A stretch of 64,000 bases of DNA from the NCBI GenBank assembly GCA_023266095.1, contig JAHFRV010000001.1, positions 64,110 through 128,109 on the forward strand. Reading direction: 5' to 3'. The translations under genes were made by a program, and so were the position numbers. The first letter of the stretch is position 1, and each line of letters opens with the position of its first letter. Shown one piece after another: positions 50,367-62,277 of this stretch. This DNA is from Gammaproteobacteria bacterium. GTDB lineage: Bacteria; Pseudomonadota; Gammaproteobacteria; DRLM01. The notes under the pieces were generated by a model. It was given only the letters and a program-made list of their open reading frames with translations, was not told the DNA's origin and made no database searches.

Positions 50367-50848
50367 TTAACCACCACAGTTCCATAGGCCAATATGTCGG
50401 TGTCTTTTATCTTCATTGGCTTGCTGGACTTCAACAGTGCACGGATGTGGTTAAAGTGGCTCGGATTTTCAATGGTGATACATCCTTTGCTGATACCAAA
50501 ACCCGTCTTTGGGTGCAGTCTGAAATTTCCACGCCCGACGTGATTGCAATATGTTTTATCATCAATGCGCCCGTCATTAGCATAGAGGGAGAACCAATCC
50601 TTGTGACCCTTTATGCGATCCCATAGCGGGCCAAGAAAACCTCCGGATTGGCGATCAAGAATAAAATACGTTCCGGGAGGGATAGGTCCAAGGTCTGGAG
50701 TACAAGCAAATATTCGTTTATTCACGTAGCTCCCAAGACCAGAGAATGCGGAAAATGACATTGCTCCAATCTTGAATTGGCTCAATGGCTGGTTGTTCAG
50801 TTCAAAACTACATTGTTGCATTGGGAGAGCCTCCTTTGGTGTTGGCAA
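50363..50848 (-). CDS. tlde1: Tlde1-family (DUF2778) L,D-transpeptidase-like T6SS effector
   Basis: ...MQQCSFELNNQPLSQF...GPIPPGTYFILDRQSGG...FRLHPKTGFGISKGCITI... with the His-x(n)-S-x-G-C LDT catalytic motif; no signal peptide; AT-rich. Confidence 0.7.
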   Translation of the reverse strand: MPTPKEALPMQQCSFELNNQPLSQFKIGAMSFSAFSGLGSYVNKRIFACTPDLGPIPPGTYFILDRQSGGFLGPLWDRIKGHKDWFSLYANDGRIDDKTYCNHVGRGNFRLHPKTGFGISKGCITIENPSHFNHIRALLKSSKPMKIKDTDILAYGTVVVK

Positions 50849-50864
50849 AAAGCGCTAACTGTAC

Positions 50865-52196
50865 CTAACTCCGTATCGCCCACAACTCCAGTTTCAAACC
50901 GGGAAACTCGCCGGCCACATGAAAGGCGATGTCGCCGGTCTCTTCGATCTGCCGCCAATATTCGTTGGGCCGTTCCAATTCCAGATAGACATAGCCCGCG
51001 TAAAAAGGCAGCTGGCGCGGCGCCACCGCCAGCGGCCGCATGCCGATGCCCGGCAAGGCCAGATTGACCAGTTCGTGGATGCGCTCCTTGGGTCCGATCT
51101 TGACCTGCGCCGGGAAACGGCTGCGCAACTCCTCCGTGGTGATATCCGCCTTCACCGCTAACACGAACACCGCCTGCGCCAGCAGACTGCGATCGGCCAC
51201 CGTCGCCACCCGGATGCCGTAACGGTGTTCTTGCAGTACGATGGGCACGGCCGCCTGTGCCAGCACCTTGCTGAGCGCCGTGCGCAATTCCGCCATCACG
51301 GGCTCATAACTCGCCCGCAATTTTTCGTGCTCGTAGGGCGGAAAGGCGATCGGGCGTTTGCTGTCGCTGGTGAAGGTCGCCAGCTCTCCCGCCATCGCCA
51401 CGGCCAGACCGAAGAAATCCGCGGGATGCACACCGCCCAAGCTCGCATAGTGGGCCACCACTGGCTCATAGCGGTTGATGGCTTGCAACAATAGAAAATC
51501 GGCGATCTCCGCCGCCCCGCCCTTGCCAGTGGCGGATACCCTTACCGCCAAGCTGTCGGCACGATGGTGCAGACGTCCCTGCAATTCCTTGATGAAGCCG
51601 GTCAGCACCGTCGCGGCCTGCACGTCGAGTACCGGCGGGATGTAGCCCTCATCGAGCACCACCTGTTTGTCGGCACGACGTTCAACGATGCGCGCCACAC
51701 CGAGACACACATAGTCGTCGCGCCGCTCCCGCTCCAGCAACAGACGGGTGCGCAAACTGGCCACCTGCACCGGCGCGGTGGTACCGGGCGCGGGCGTGGT
51801 GTCGCGCAGCTCTTCTTCGCGGAGCACGGCACGCGCCGCGGACGAACCCGTACCGCCGTCGATCTCCAACTGCCCCGGCCGCCGCACGGGGAGGGCGAGA
51901 AAGACTTCGACGCCCTGCACATCGGCGGGAATGTCCAGCGGCGCCGGCAGCAGATCGTCGACGGGAATATTGAAAGGCGTACCGTCGGGGAACACCCCGC
52001 GCGCGGCGGCGATACCCAGTTTGCCGAGCCCGAGCAGGCCGTCGTCGAGTTTGATATCCCGATAACCCCAGCCATAGGGACGCAAGCCGCCGCAGCGTCC
52101 TTCCACCAGGGCTTCCACATAACGCGCCTCCTGCTGGAAGTGCTGCGGCCGCAGAAACATGCCCTCCGACCAGACGATTTTGTTATTCCATGACAT
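50865..52196 (-). CDS. tssK: T6SS baseplate protein TssK
   Basis: MSWNNKIVWSEGMFLRPQHFQQ... TssK N-terminus; start set at internal ATG (ORF-track start is an upstream GTG). Confidence 0.9.
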   Translation of the reverse strand: MSWNNKIVWSEGMFLRPQHFQQEARYVEALVEGRCGGLRPYGWGYRDIKLDDGLLGLGKLGIAAARGVFPDGTPFNIPVDDLLPAPLDIPADVQGVEVFLALPVRRPGQLEIDGGTGSSAARAVLREEELRDTTPAPGTTAPVQVASLRTRLLLERERRDDYVCLGVARIVERRADKQVVLDEGYIPPVLDVQAATVLTGFIKELQGRLHHRADSLAVRVSATGKGGAAEIADFLLLQAINRYEPVVAHYASLGGVHPADFFGLAVAMAGELATFTSDSKRPIAFPPYEHEKLRASYEPVMAELRTALSKVLAQAAVPIVLQEHRYGIRVATVADRSLLAQAVFVLAVKADITTEELRSRFPAQVKIGPKERIHELVNLALPGIGMRPLAVAPRQLPFYAGYVYLELERPNEYWRQIEETGDIAFHVAGEFPGLKLELWAIRS

Positions 52197-52213
52197 CCCG
52201 TTACCGTCCGTGT

Positions 52214-52744
52214 TTATTTTTCGGCGAATACCGCCTGCACGGCGAGGCGCTCGATGCTGATGTTCAACACCCGTTCCTTCTTGGCGAAGGGATTGAGCTT
52301 GCTCATGAGACCGGCTTTCTTCTCGCCCACCTCGACCAACCCACGCCACTGTGATTGATCGATATCGCGAAAAGCCACGGCAACGCCGAGAAAATGCGTC
52401 TCCGCATCGAGTTCGAGGGGGAGATCACGGCTCTCGGCCGGGCGCAGCGTGATTTCGTCGCGACGGACCAGCTCCGCGCCTAGGGTCGCCTGCTCCTGTT
52501 CGTAGAGGGGAAAGAAATCCGTCTTCTGAAAGGCGCTCGCACCGCGCAATTGATAGATGCGCACCACCACCGGTGAGGCGCGGCCGTCGTGATCGGGATT
52601 GACCGTGCTTGCCGCCACGACATGCGTAGCGAGTTTTTCCACCACGGCACCGGACCGCCCGGACTTCGCGCCGCCCGCACAACCACCGATCAGGGCCACA
52701 CCCAGACACAAGCTTGCCAAACCGATGAGTCCACGCGCACTCAC
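52214..52744 (-). CDS. tssJ: T6SS outer-membrane lipoprotein TssJ
   Basis: 176 aa; lipobox LIGGC; ...PVVVRIYQLRG... TssJ signature. Confidence 0.85.
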   Translation of the reverse strand: MSARGLIGLASLCLGVALIGGCAGGAKSGRSGAVVEKLATHVVAASTVNPDHDGRASPVVVRIYQLRGASAFQKTDFFPLYEQEQATLGAELVRRDEITLRPAESRDLPLELDAETHFLGVAVAFRDIDQSQWRGLVEVGEKKAGLMSKLNPFAKKERVLNISIERLAVQAVFAEK

Positions 52745-53175
52745 TTCTACCTCCTTAAATTTTTCTATGACCCCAGCTCGTCCACGGCATGGATATTCCC
52801 CCGCAACCGGAGCGCCATCCTTCTTTTCCCGTGCGCCACCTGCGGCTAAAGGCCCGCACGACTTTCTCTATCTGTTGTTGTACTTCATATCGACATTGGG
52901 CAAATATACGCCTCCCCTCACGGCGGCGCCAGCCAACCCAGCCGCATCTCGACAGCGATCATCATCACTGCCGCACTGCCCCGACCATGTCTCATAGAGC
53001 TCGTAAGATGAGATGAGTATCTCGAATCGCATCCATCGGGAATCGTGCGGGTAGTGGCTCACCGCGCCCTCATCAAATCGACTCCCCTCGTTTGACCTGC
53101 CCCGTCAACAATAGACATGCTCACTGCAAACACCGGCCTGTTGTTTTAGAAATTACCCGCAACTATAGCCGGCCG

Positions 53176-53451
53176 CCCCAGTGAAACCGATAACATGAAA
53201 ATCAAAATCGACGCCGACACGGGTCGATCCATGATCACCCGTCGTTTCGCTACGGTCGGCCGGTGTTCGGCAATATACTGGGCAACAAACGGCTGCACTG
53301 CTGCACGCTGCGCGGAAAGACCAAGGTGGATGGACAATGGAAGCTGTATTACCTGATGCACAATATTGAGAAACTGGCAGCGTCATGGGTATGCTGCACA
53401 CAATATGATCAATCGGGACGCGGAAAAACGCCACGCTCAGCATCGAACTGA
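53176..53451 (+). mobile_element. IS5/IS1182-family transposase remnant (internally deleted C-terminal fragment)
   Basis: ...KIKIDADTGSIHD... fused to ...VFGNILGNKRLHCCTLRGKTKVDGQWKLYYLMHNIEKL transposase C-terminal motif. Confidence 0.45.
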
Positions 53452-53495
53452 ATCCAAGAGGGACCGGGCGCCATGCAATATGACCTTTTCAAAAA

Positions 53496-53741
53496 ATGCC
53501 TTCCCAATATAGGGCGCCCAGAGCGGGCGCATTGCTGGCTGACCAAGGCTACGATACTGATGCGCTGCTGGAGACACTCAGGGAAAGCAATATCGATGCG
53601 GTAATTCCGCCCAAAGCCAAGCGCAAGATGCAGCATCCCTGTGACTGGCATGTATACAAGGAGCGCCACCTGATACAGTGTTTTTTCGGCAAGAGTAAAC
53701 ACTATCGCCGAATCTTTCACCTTACGAGAAAGGGGCGGTGA
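53496..53741 (+). mobile_element. IS5-family (IS427-group-like) transposase C-terminal remnant
   Basis: ...LLADQGYDTDALLETLRESNIDAVIPPKAKRK...YKERHLIQCFFGKSKHYRRIFHLTRK matches the DDE transposase C-terminus; no N-terminal part. Confidence 0.6.
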
Positions 53742-54163
53742 ACCACTTTGAGTTTTTTGTCTTTCGTCGGTGCGCTTATTTGGCTTCGGTAAATGTCAAC
53801 AGAACCTAGGAGAAAAGTATCTATGCCAAGCTTCAAGACACTTTAGTGGGATAATTTTCCTGACCATGAGGAAATGAAAAAGAAATGTGTAAACAAACAG
53901 GCAAAAGGCGAAAGTAAACCCTTTGACAAAGATGTAGCGTGGGCGGCGTACACGCATCCGCCCTACGGCTACCCGCCGCGTGGCCAGCGACCCAGGGGCT
54001 CTACGCTTTTGCGGGTTGATGCTGCGCCCTCACCACCCCGCCCCTGCGGGGCACCCATCCTCGGAGAGGAGGGGAGAAAGTGTCATACCCGATCTGCACT
54101 TGCCAATACCCAGGAGCCCATATCCACGAGGAATAAAGCCAGCCTTCGTCGGGCCTGAGTTGA

Positions 54164-55180
<1,017 letters not shown>

Positions 55181-55300
55181 ACTAAAATTAAAATACAAGG
55201 CGCATGGAATTTAACGCCTTACCTCTGGACCAAGCATTGAAATCAATCTAGTAGCGGGGTCTTCAAATTTCAGCGTCGACACTCAAGAAGGACCTTCCTC

Positions 55301-56344
55301 ATGAAACTCAAAAACTTTCTGATTCATTCCAGTACCACCCTCTTGCTCGCAGCGGGCATGGCTGCCCAGGCCTTTGAACCGCTGCCGGACAAGGTACCAA
55401 CCCCGGCCGACAATCCCATGACCCCGGCCAAAATCGAATTGGGCAAACAACTCTTCTTCGATCCGCGGCTGTCGGTGGATGGCACGGTCTCCTGCAATTC
55501 CTGCCACAACGTGATGAGCAGCGGCACCGACAACCGGCCGGTGTCGGCCGGCGTGGACGGCAAACGCGGCGGACGCAGCGCCCCCACCGTGTGGAACGCC
55601 GCCTTCTTGACCGCTCAATTCTGGGACGGCCGCGCCGCCACCCTGGAAGACCAGGCCAAAGGCCCTATCCTCAATCCCATAGAAATGGGCATGCCCTCGG
55701 CCCAGATGGCCGTTGAGCGCATCAAGGCCATTCCGGAATACCGGGACCAGTTCGCCAAGGTGTTCGGCGGCGGCGACCCGGTCAACTACGACAACATCGC
55801 CAAGGCCATCGCCACTTACGAGCGGGTCTTGATCACACCCAACAGCCCCTTCGACCGTTACATCAAAGGCGATAAAAAGGCCCTCGACGCACCGGCGCAA
55901 CGCGGCATGAATCTGGTTAAGGATCTCGGTTGCACGGGCTGCCACACCGGCCCCAATTTCGCGGGCCCCGCCACGCTGCACTCCGGCGAAGGTTTCTTCC
56001 AAAAATTTCCAGTGGTGGCCGGCACGGACTATGAGAAGAAGTTCGACCTCACTGGCGACACCGGCCGCCATGAAAGCACCAAGCAGGAAGCGGACAAAAA
56101 TATGTGGCGGGTTCCAACCTGGCGCAACGTGGCTTTGACCGCGCCCTATTTTCACAACGGCTCGGTGGCGACCCTGGATGAAGCGGTACGAGTGATGGCG
56201 AAGACCCAGCTCAACCAAGAATTGAACGAGGCCCAGGTGGCGGACATCGTGGCCTTTCTCAACAGCCTGACCGGCGAGTTCCCGCAGCAAACCATGCCGC
56301 GGCTGCCCGGCACGCCCAATCGCACGTCGTTCGCCACCAAATAA
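55301..56344 (+). CDS. ccp: Dihaem bacterial cytochrome c peroxidase (CcpA/MauG family)
   Basis: Signal peptide; two CxxCH (CNSCH, CTGCH); ...FWDGRAATLEDQAKGPILNPIEMG... CCP motif. Confidence 0.88.
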   Translation: MKLKNFLIHSSTTLLLAAGMAAQAFEPLPDKVPTPADNPMTPAKIELGKQLFFDPRLSVDGTVSCNSCHNVMSSGTDNRPVSAGVDGKRGGRSAPTVWNAAFLTAQFWDGRAATLEDQAKGPILNPIEMGMPSAQMAVERIKAIPEYRDQFAKVFGGGDPVNYDNIAKAIATYERVLITPNSPFDRYIKGDKKALDAPAQRGMNLVKDLGCTGCHTGPNFAGPATLHSGEGFFQKFPVVAGTDYEKKFDLTGDTGRHESTKQEADKNMWRVPTWRNVALTAPYFHNGSVATLDEAVRVMAKTQLNQELNEAQVADIVAFLNSLTGEFPQQTMPRLPGTPNRTSFATK

Positions 56345-56438
56345 GGTCAGCCCTGCTGGTCGGTATATTCCAATTTGAGCGCCCGGCACCGGGCGCTTTT
56401 TGATTGTCTTGCTGATTCCGCACCAAACTGCGCGGCGT

Positions 56439-57269
56439 TCAATCTTCTCCCGGTTCGCACGCCCCTTCGCATGACACGCTGAACCATCGGCGGTCATCGA
56501 GCCGCAAGGCGGTGAGCGCGGCGCCCCACACGCAGCCGGTGTCCAGACAGGTCACGCCACGGCCTTCGTAACGGCCGAGAGTGGACCAGTGACCGAACAG
56601 GATATTTAAATCCGCGCTGCGCCGGTCGGCGACCTCGAACCACGGCACTTGTCTGGCGGCTTGCGTGCCCGGCGCGCCTTTACAAGTGAAGGCCAGACTG
56701 CCGTCGGCTTCGCAATAACGCAGCCGGGTAAAACTGTTGGTGATGAACCGCAGACGTTCCCAGCCCCGCAGATCGTCGCGCCAGCGCGCGGGCTGGGCGC
56801 CGTACATCTGTTGAAAAAAAGGCAGCGCATCGGCGCCGCGCAACACGTGCTCCACTTCGGCGGCACAAACCTGGGCCGTGGCGAGGTCCCACTGCGGCGG
56901 CAGTCCGGCGTGAACCAGGGTGTACCCCAACTCCGCATCGTGATGCAGCAATGCTTGCCGCCGCAGCCAGACGAGCAGCGTGTCGCGGTCAGGCGCCTCC
57001 AACACGTCCATGAAGCTGTCCTTGGGCCGCAGTTTGGCCGCGCCGGCCGCCACCGCCAGCAGATGCAGATCGTGATTGCCGAGCACCGTCACCGCGCGGT
57101 CGCCCAGACTCTTCACGAAGCGCAGCACCTCCAGCGACTGCGTGCCGCGGTTGACCAAATCGCCGGTGAACCAAACCTGATCGTGTTTGGGCGAGAAGTG
57201 TATCGCCTCGAACAGCGCGAGCAATTCGTCGAAACAACCTTGCACGTCGCCTATTGCGTAAACGGCCAT
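56439..57269 (-). CDS. apaH: Bis(5'-nucleosyl)-tetraphosphatase (symmetrical) ApaH
   Basis: MAVYAIGDVQGCFDELLALFEAI... GDLVNRG, GNHD metallophosphatase motifs. Confidence 0.9.
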   Translation of the reverse strand: MAVYAIGDVQGCFDELLALFEAIHFSPKHDQVWFTGDLVNRGTQSLEVLRFVKSLGDRAVTVLGNHDLHLLAVAAGAAKLRPKDSFMDVLEAPDRDTLLVWLRRQALLHHDAELGYTLVHAGLPPQWDLATAQVCAAEVEHVLRGADALPFFQQMYGAQPARWRDDLRGWERLRFITNSFTRLRYCEADGSLAFTCKGAPGTQAARQVPWFEVADRRSADLNILFGHWSTLGRYEGRGVTCLDTGCVWGAALTALRLDDRRWFSVSCEGACEPGED

Positions 57270-57476
57270 GGCGGTTTAAATCCGCTCGCTTCGCTGCACG
57301 CGTCCTGCCGCCAAAGAGGCCCGGCAAAACCCGATGAGATTTTCACTTGGCGATCTTGGCGGTTGAATATACGTTCGGATTGATTGCAAATCCGTTTCCC
57401 GAACTAACTCACACCGCATCAAACGCGAAGTACCCATTAAATTCTGCGTGCTCGACGGCCGGATATGGGTATTCAT

Positions 57477-57935
57477 CTATACGTTTTCCGCGCCGGGCGG
57501 CACGCGTAAATTAAACGTCACCGGCCCGTCGTTGATCAGGTTCACTTGCATGTCGGCGCCGAAGCGGCCGGCGGCGACCGGCGAGTATTCGCTGCGCGCT
57601 AGCGTCACCAGATAATCGAACCAGTGTTCGCCGTCGGCCGGCGGCGCGGCGGGTGTGAAGCTGGGACGCATGCCATGCTGGGTGTCGGCGGCGAGCGTGA
57701 ATTGCGGCACCAGCAGCAACCCGCCCTCGATGTCGCGCAAGCTCAGATTCATTTTGCCTGCCTGGTCGGGAAAAACGCGGTAACCGAGCAGGCGTTCCAG
57801 CAAACGCCGCGCTTGCGGCTCGCCATCACCGCGCTCCACCGCCACCAGCGCCAGGATGCCGCGCTCGATCGCGCCGATGGGTTCGCCGGCTACCGTCACC
57901 GCCGCGGCGCTGACGCGCTGCAACAGTCCGATCAT
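57477..57935 (-). CDS. dtd: D-aminoacyl-tRNA deacylase
   Basis: [34 protein letters not shown]...; 152 aa; start at internal Met overlapping the pip stop. Confidence 0.9.
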   Translation of the reverse strand: MIGLLQRVSAAAVTVAGEPIGAIERGILALVAVERGDGEPQARRLLERLLGYRVFPDQAGKMNLSLRDIEGGLLLVPQFTLAADTQHGMRPSFTPAAPPADGEHWFDYLVTLARSEYSPVAAGRFGADMQVNLINDGPVTFNLRVPPGAENV

Positions 57936-58903
57936 CTCACCCGTTCCGCCATGGCGCGGGTGGCGTTGACCAGTGCGCTGACGATGCCTGGCTCGGTGGC
58001 GGAATGGCCGGCATCGGCGACGATCTTCAATTCCGCGGCGGGCCAGGCCTGCTGCAAACGCCAGGCGTTTTCGACCGGGCAGACCACATCGTAGCGGCCG
58101 TGGACGATGACGCCGGGGATGTCTTTGAGGCGATACGCGTCGCGGAGGATTTGCTCCGGCGCGAGAAAACTGTCGTGCATGAAATAGTGGCACTCGATGC
58201 GCGCCAGGCTCAGCGCCGTGTGCGCATCGCTGAAGTGGTTGACGACTTCGGGCTTGGGCCGCAGGGTGGAGCAGCGCCCTTCCCAGGTCGACCACGCCTT
58301 GGCGGCGGACATGCGGGCGATCTCATTGCCGCCGGTGAGCAGCCGGTAATAGGCGCCCACCATATCGCCGCGCTCCTCGGGCGCCACCGGCTTCAGATAA
58401 TCCTCCCAATAATCGGGGAAGAGATGATTGGCGCCTTCCTGGTAAAACCAGTGGATCTCCCAGGGCGCGCAGAGAAAGATGCCGCGCAGAATCAGACCGC
58501 GCACCCGCGCGGGATGGGTCTCGGCATACACCAGACCCAAGGTCGATCCCCAGGAACCGCCGAACACCACCCAGCGTTCGATGCCGAGCAGGGCCCGGAT
58601 TTTTTCCATGTCCGCCACCAAGTGCTGGGTGGTGTTGTCGATCAATTCCGCGTGCGGCGTGGAACGCCCCGCGCCGCGCTGATCGAACAGGACGATGCGA
58701 TAAACATTGGGATCGAAAAAACGGCGATGATACGCCTCGCAACCGGCGCCGGGGCCGCCATGCACGAACACCACCGGCACGCCCTGCGGATTGCCGCACT
58801 CTTCTACATGCAAAGTATGCAGCCCATCCACTTTGAGACTGTGACTGAGATAAGGCTTAATATCCGGATAGAGCGCTGTCATCATCAACTCCCGAAAAAT
58901 CAC
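57932..58903 (-). CDS. pip: Proline iminopeptidase (alpha/beta hydrolase)
   Basis: ...[10 protein letters not shown]...[10 protein letters not shown]... prolyl aminopeptidase motifs. Confidence 0.85.
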   Translation of the reverse strand: MIFRELMMTALYPDIKPYLSHSLKVDGLHTLHVEECGNPQGVPVVFVHGGPGAGCEAYHRRFFDPNVYRIVLFDQRGAGRSTPHAELIDNTTQHLVADMEKIRALLGIERWVVFGGSWGSTLGLVYAETHPARVRGLILRGIFLCAPWEIHWFYQEGANHLFPDYWEDYLKPVAPEERGDMVGAYYRLLTGGNEIARMSAAKAWSTWEGRCSTLRPKPEVVNHFSDAHTALSLARIECHYFMHDSFLAPEQILRDAYRLKDIPGVIVHGRYDVVCPVENAWRLQQAWPAAELKIVADAGHSATEPGIVSALVNATRAMAERVR

Positions 58904-58931
58904 TGCATCACATCATACCCGCAAAGCGGGG

Positions 58932-60260
58932 CTAAGGCAGCGAACACCCTTCCGCGTTGCGCGAACCACTCGCCGCGCAAGCTTCGGGCGACACGCCCGG
59001 CCCGGGAAAATACACCGGCGCGAAGCCGCCGCCGGGGGTACGAAAATTGGTGGTCTGGCCTTGATAAAGGCGCGCGGCAAACAACTGCACGCGGCCCGCA
59101 TAGGCATAGGCCCGCACATCGAATTTCAGCGCGGCGTCAGTGCCGTCCCGTTTGAGAGCCCGCTGCCCCGGCGATGCGTATTCTTGCGCCACATAACCGC
59201 CCGCGAGTATTTCCTGCCACACCCGGCGCGTGAGTTTATCGCCGCGATAAACCGCCTTGCTGCCGTAACCGGCCGCCGGTTTGAAAAACCAGCGGCGCCG
59301 CTCCGCCCACAAACCTTCGGCCGCCGCCGGCTCCACCAGCACGGTGGGTGCAATACCGTCCCGCACAGCCGCCAGCGTCTCCTCGTCCGCACCCCAGGCG
59401 CGCAGGGCCGTCGCGTCGCTCAACAACACCAGATTGCGTTTATCGGCATACAACGCGTGGGCATGGGGGTGGGGTGTCACCACCACGGCGCCCGCCGCAT
59501 AGGCCGCGCGCAAGGTGGCGTGAGCGGGGTCGTCAAAATAAAAATCCGTGAGTCGATTGTACACCGAATCCACGCTTAGCCCGGCGTGATAAAGCCCCCC
59601 GTCGCGCCACTCCAATTCATCCGCGGCGACGATCACCGCCTCGATGCCGTGGTGAGTGAACAAGCGCTGGAACAAAATGAATTCCGGATAGAGGTACTGT
59701 TCGGCGGGGGCGTCATCGACTATCGCCACCCGTCGCAAAGGTGCATCGCCGCGCTGGCGCCGCCATTCGTCGCGGAATATCGCCACGAATTCCGCTTCCC
59801 GCGCGGCGAGCTCATCCGTCCCGGCCAGCTCCGCCCAGCCCTGACAGCAACTGAGCTGTGCGCGGGCGAGCACGCAGTTGAGCAGCGCGCCGCCGGCGTT
59901 GGTGTTGATCTCGATCAGCCGCGGCCCGGCGGCGGTGAGGTGAAAGTCGTAACCGAAAAACACCCCGCGCGGACCGGGATCGCGCCGGGCGATCGCGGGG
60001 GCCCGGGCCAAGACGCGGTCCTGATAGCCCGGCAGCGCCACCACGGTTTCCACCGCCCGCACCAGCGCCCGCATCTGTTGCGCCCAGTGCGGGGCGGCGA
60101 AGACGGCGGTATCGGAAAAGAGGTGGGGCCGGGTCTCCCTCAGCCATTGGTAGAACGTGTCGTCTTCCAGTTCTTCCGCCAGCGCGCGGGCCAAGGCGCC
60201 GTGATCGACGGTGGTACACCGGCAGGATCGGTTCAGCGCCTCGGCCAGCGTGTTCGACAT
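58932..60260 (-). CDS. Hypothetical protein, possibly circularly permuted ATP-grasp (type 2)-like
   Basis: 442-aa ORF; weak RPH...PHW and ...FFKPAAGYGSKAVY... ATP-grasp-like motifs; low-confidence family assignment. Confidence 0.4.
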   Translation of the reverse strand: MSNTLAEALNRSCRCTTVDHGALARALAEELEDDTFYQWLRETRPHLFSDTAVFAAPHWAQQMRALVRAVETVVALPGYQDRVLARAPAIARRDPGPRGVFFGYDFHLTAAGPRLIEINTNAGGALLNCVLARAQLSCCQGWAELAGTDELAAREAEFVAIFRDEWRRQRGDAPLRRVAIVDDAPAEQYLYPEFILFQRLFTHHGIEAVIVAADELEWRDGGLYHAGLSVDSVYNRLTDFYFDDPAHATLRAAYAAGAVVVTPHPHAHALYADKRNLVLLSDATALRAWGADEETLAAVRDGIAPTVLVEPAAAEGLWAERRRWFFKPAAGYGSKAVYRGDKLTRRVWQEILAGGYVAQEYASPGQRALKRDGTDAALKFDVRAYAYAGRVQLFAARLYQGQTTNFRTPGGGFAPVYFPGPGVSPEACAASGSRNAEGCSLP

Positions 60261-60290
60261 CGCGTTACGGCATCACTTGCAAACGCCTGG

Positions 60291-62099
60291 CTAACGCGAG
60301 GCGCGCTTGCGGTCGTTTTCCGACAACATCTTTTTGCGCAGCCGGATGAAGTTCGGCGTGACTTCCACCAACTCGTCGTCGTCGATGAATTCCAGTGCCT
60401 GTTCCAAACTCATGCGGATGGGCGGAGTGAGGATCAGCGCTTCGTCGGTGCCCGCGGCGCGAATGTTGGTGAGCTGCTTGGCCTTGAGGGCGTTCACCAC
60501 CAGATCGTTGTCGCGGGAGTGAATGCCGATGATCATGCCTTCGTAGACCTCTTCGCCATGACCGATGAACAAACGGCCGCGCTCTTGCAGATTGAACAAG
60601 GCGTAGGCCAGGGCCTTGCCCATGGCGTTGGCGATCAACACGCCGTTGAGGCGCTGGCCGAAAGAACCTTTTTTCATGGGGCCGTAGTGATCGAAGACGT
60701 TGTACAGCAGGCCGGTGCCCTGGGTGGCGGTGAGAAACTCCGTGCGGAAACCGATCAGGCCCCGCGAGGGGATGATGAAGTCCAGACGCACTCGGCCCTT
60801 GCCGTCCGGCATCATGTTCTGCAAATCGCCGCCGCGGGTGCCGAGCCGTTCCATGACCGTGCCCTGGTGTTGTTCTTCCACGTCGACGGTGAGCTGTTCG
60901 AAGGGTTCGTGTTTCTCGCCGTTCACGTCCTTGATGATGACCTCGGGGCGCGAGACGCCGAGTTCGTAACCTTCGCGGCGCATGTTCTCGATGAGGATGC
61001 CGAGGTGCAATTCGCCGCGGCCGGCGACGCGGAATTTATCCGGGTCTTCGGTTTCGTCTACCCGTAGCGCGACGTTGTGCAGGAGTTCGCGCTGCAGGCG
61101 GTCGCGGATCTGGCGCGAGGTGACGAACTTGCCGTCGCGGCTGGAGAAGGGCGAGGTGTTGACCTGGAAGGTCATCCGCACCGTGGGCTCATCCACCATC
61201 AGGGGCGGCAGGGCCTCGGGGACTTTGGGGTCGCACAAGGTATCGGAGATATTGAGTTCTTCAACGCCGGTGAAGGCGATGATGTCACCGGCCTGCGCGT
61301 CTTGGGTCTCGACGCGGTCAAGGCCGAGGAAGCCCAGCACCTGCAGGATGCGGCCGTTGCGCTTGCGGCCTTCGCGGTCGAGGATCACCACCGGGGTATT
61401 GGGTTTGATGTGGCCGCGGGCGATGCGGCCGATGCCGATGACACCGACATAGCTGTTGTAGTCGAGCTGGGAGACCTGCATCTGGAACGGGCCTTCCATG
61501 TCCACTTTCGGCGGCGAGACATGTTTGAGTATGGCCTCGAACAGCGGCGTCATGTCACCACTGCGCACGTCGGAGCTCAGGCCGGCATAACCGTTGAGCG
61601 CCGAGGTGTAAATCACCGGAAAATCCAGTTGCTCGTCAGTGGCGCCCAAACGGTCGAAGAGGTCGAAGGTCTGGTCCAGCACCCAATCGGGCCGCGCGCC
61701 GGGACGGTCGATCTTGTTGATGACCACGATGGGCTTCAGGCCCTGGGCGAAGGCCTTTTGGGTGACGAAACGGGTCTGCGGCATGGGGCCGTCCACCGCG
61801 TCCACCAGCAGCAGCACCGAGTCCACCATCGACAACACCCGCTCCACCTCGCCGCCGAAGTCGGCGTGACCGGGGGTGTCGACGATGTTGATGCGGTAAT
61901 CGCGCCAGCGCACCGCGGTGTTTTTCGCCAGAATGGTGATGCCGCGCTCTTTTTCCAGCGCGTTGGAATCCATCACCCGCTCCGTCGCAGGACCGCGCGA
62001 GGCCAGCGTGCCGGATTGCTGAAGGAGTTTATCCACCAGGGTGGTCTTACCATGGTCGACGTGGGCGATGATGGCGATATTGCGCAGATTCTCAATCAC
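60291..62099 (-). CDS. typA: Translational GTPase BipA/TypA
   Basis: [26 protein letters not shown]... 602 aa. Confidence 0.95.
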   Translation of the reverse strand: MIENLRNIAIIAHVDHGKTTLVDKLLQQSGTLASRGPATERVMDSNALEKERGITILAKNTAVRWRDYRINIVDTPGHADFGGEVERVLSMVDSVLLLVDAVDGPMPQTRFVTQKAFAQGLKPIVVINKIDRPGARPDWVLDQTFDLFDRLGATDEQLDFPVIYTSALNGYAGLSSDVRSGDMTPLFEAILKHVSPPKVDMEGPFQMQVSQLDYNSYVGVIGIGRIARGHIKPNTPVVILDREGRKRNGRILQVLGFLGLDRVETQDAQAGDIIAFTGVEELNISDTLCDPKVPEALPPLMVDEPTVRMTFQVNTSPFSSRDGKFVTSRQIRDRLQRELLHNVALRVDETEDPDKFRVAGRGELHLGILIENMRREGYELGVSRPEVIIKDVNGEKHEPFEQLTVDVEEQHQGTVMERLGTRGGDLQNMMPDGKGRVRLDFIIPSRGLIGFRTEFLTATQGTGLLYNVFDHYGPMKKGSFGQRLNGVLIANAMGKALAYALFNLQERGRLFIGHGEEVYEGMIIGIHSRDNDLVVNALKAKQLTNIRAAGTDEALILTPPIRMSLEQALEFIDDDELVEVTPNFIRLRKKMLSENDRKRASR

Positions 62100-62277
62100 G
62101 GGGGAAACCTCGAATTTAACCGCTTATCACGGGGGGCGCTAAAGGCGCTAAAGGGGAATTAAAAAATGCTTACTGGATTACTCAAAATCGGCCGCCGGCC
62201 CAGCGCGGCAAAAAAGGTGGGGTATTATACTTGTCTCGCCATCACTTAATCCACCTCGGGTTAGCGGCAAGCGATAT

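Noticed and set aside
36000-52330. Apparent single-nucleotide disagreements between my reading of the printed sequence and the ORF-track translations at a few line boundaries (e.g. near 36000/36001, 52320/52321, 57930)
   Set aside because: Most likely transcription or reading noise at line breaks; I used ORF-track coordinates for all CDS. Coordinates of small motifs may be off by 1-2 nt; no biological claim rests on these.
52745-53150. sigma54 (TGGCAC-N5-TTGC) promoter upstream of tssJ
   Set aside because: Only weak partial matches (TGGATATTCCCCCGCAA); not convincing.
53874-54158. 94-aa ORF upstream of hemF
   Set aside because: Pro/Arg-rich translation; no RBS; overlaps a structured GC-rich non-coding stretch; likely spurious.
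55181-55300. FNR box upstream of the cytochrome c peroxidase gene (TTGAAATCAATC)
   Set aside because: Does not fit TTGAT-N4-ATCAA spacing; only a half-site-like ATCAA.
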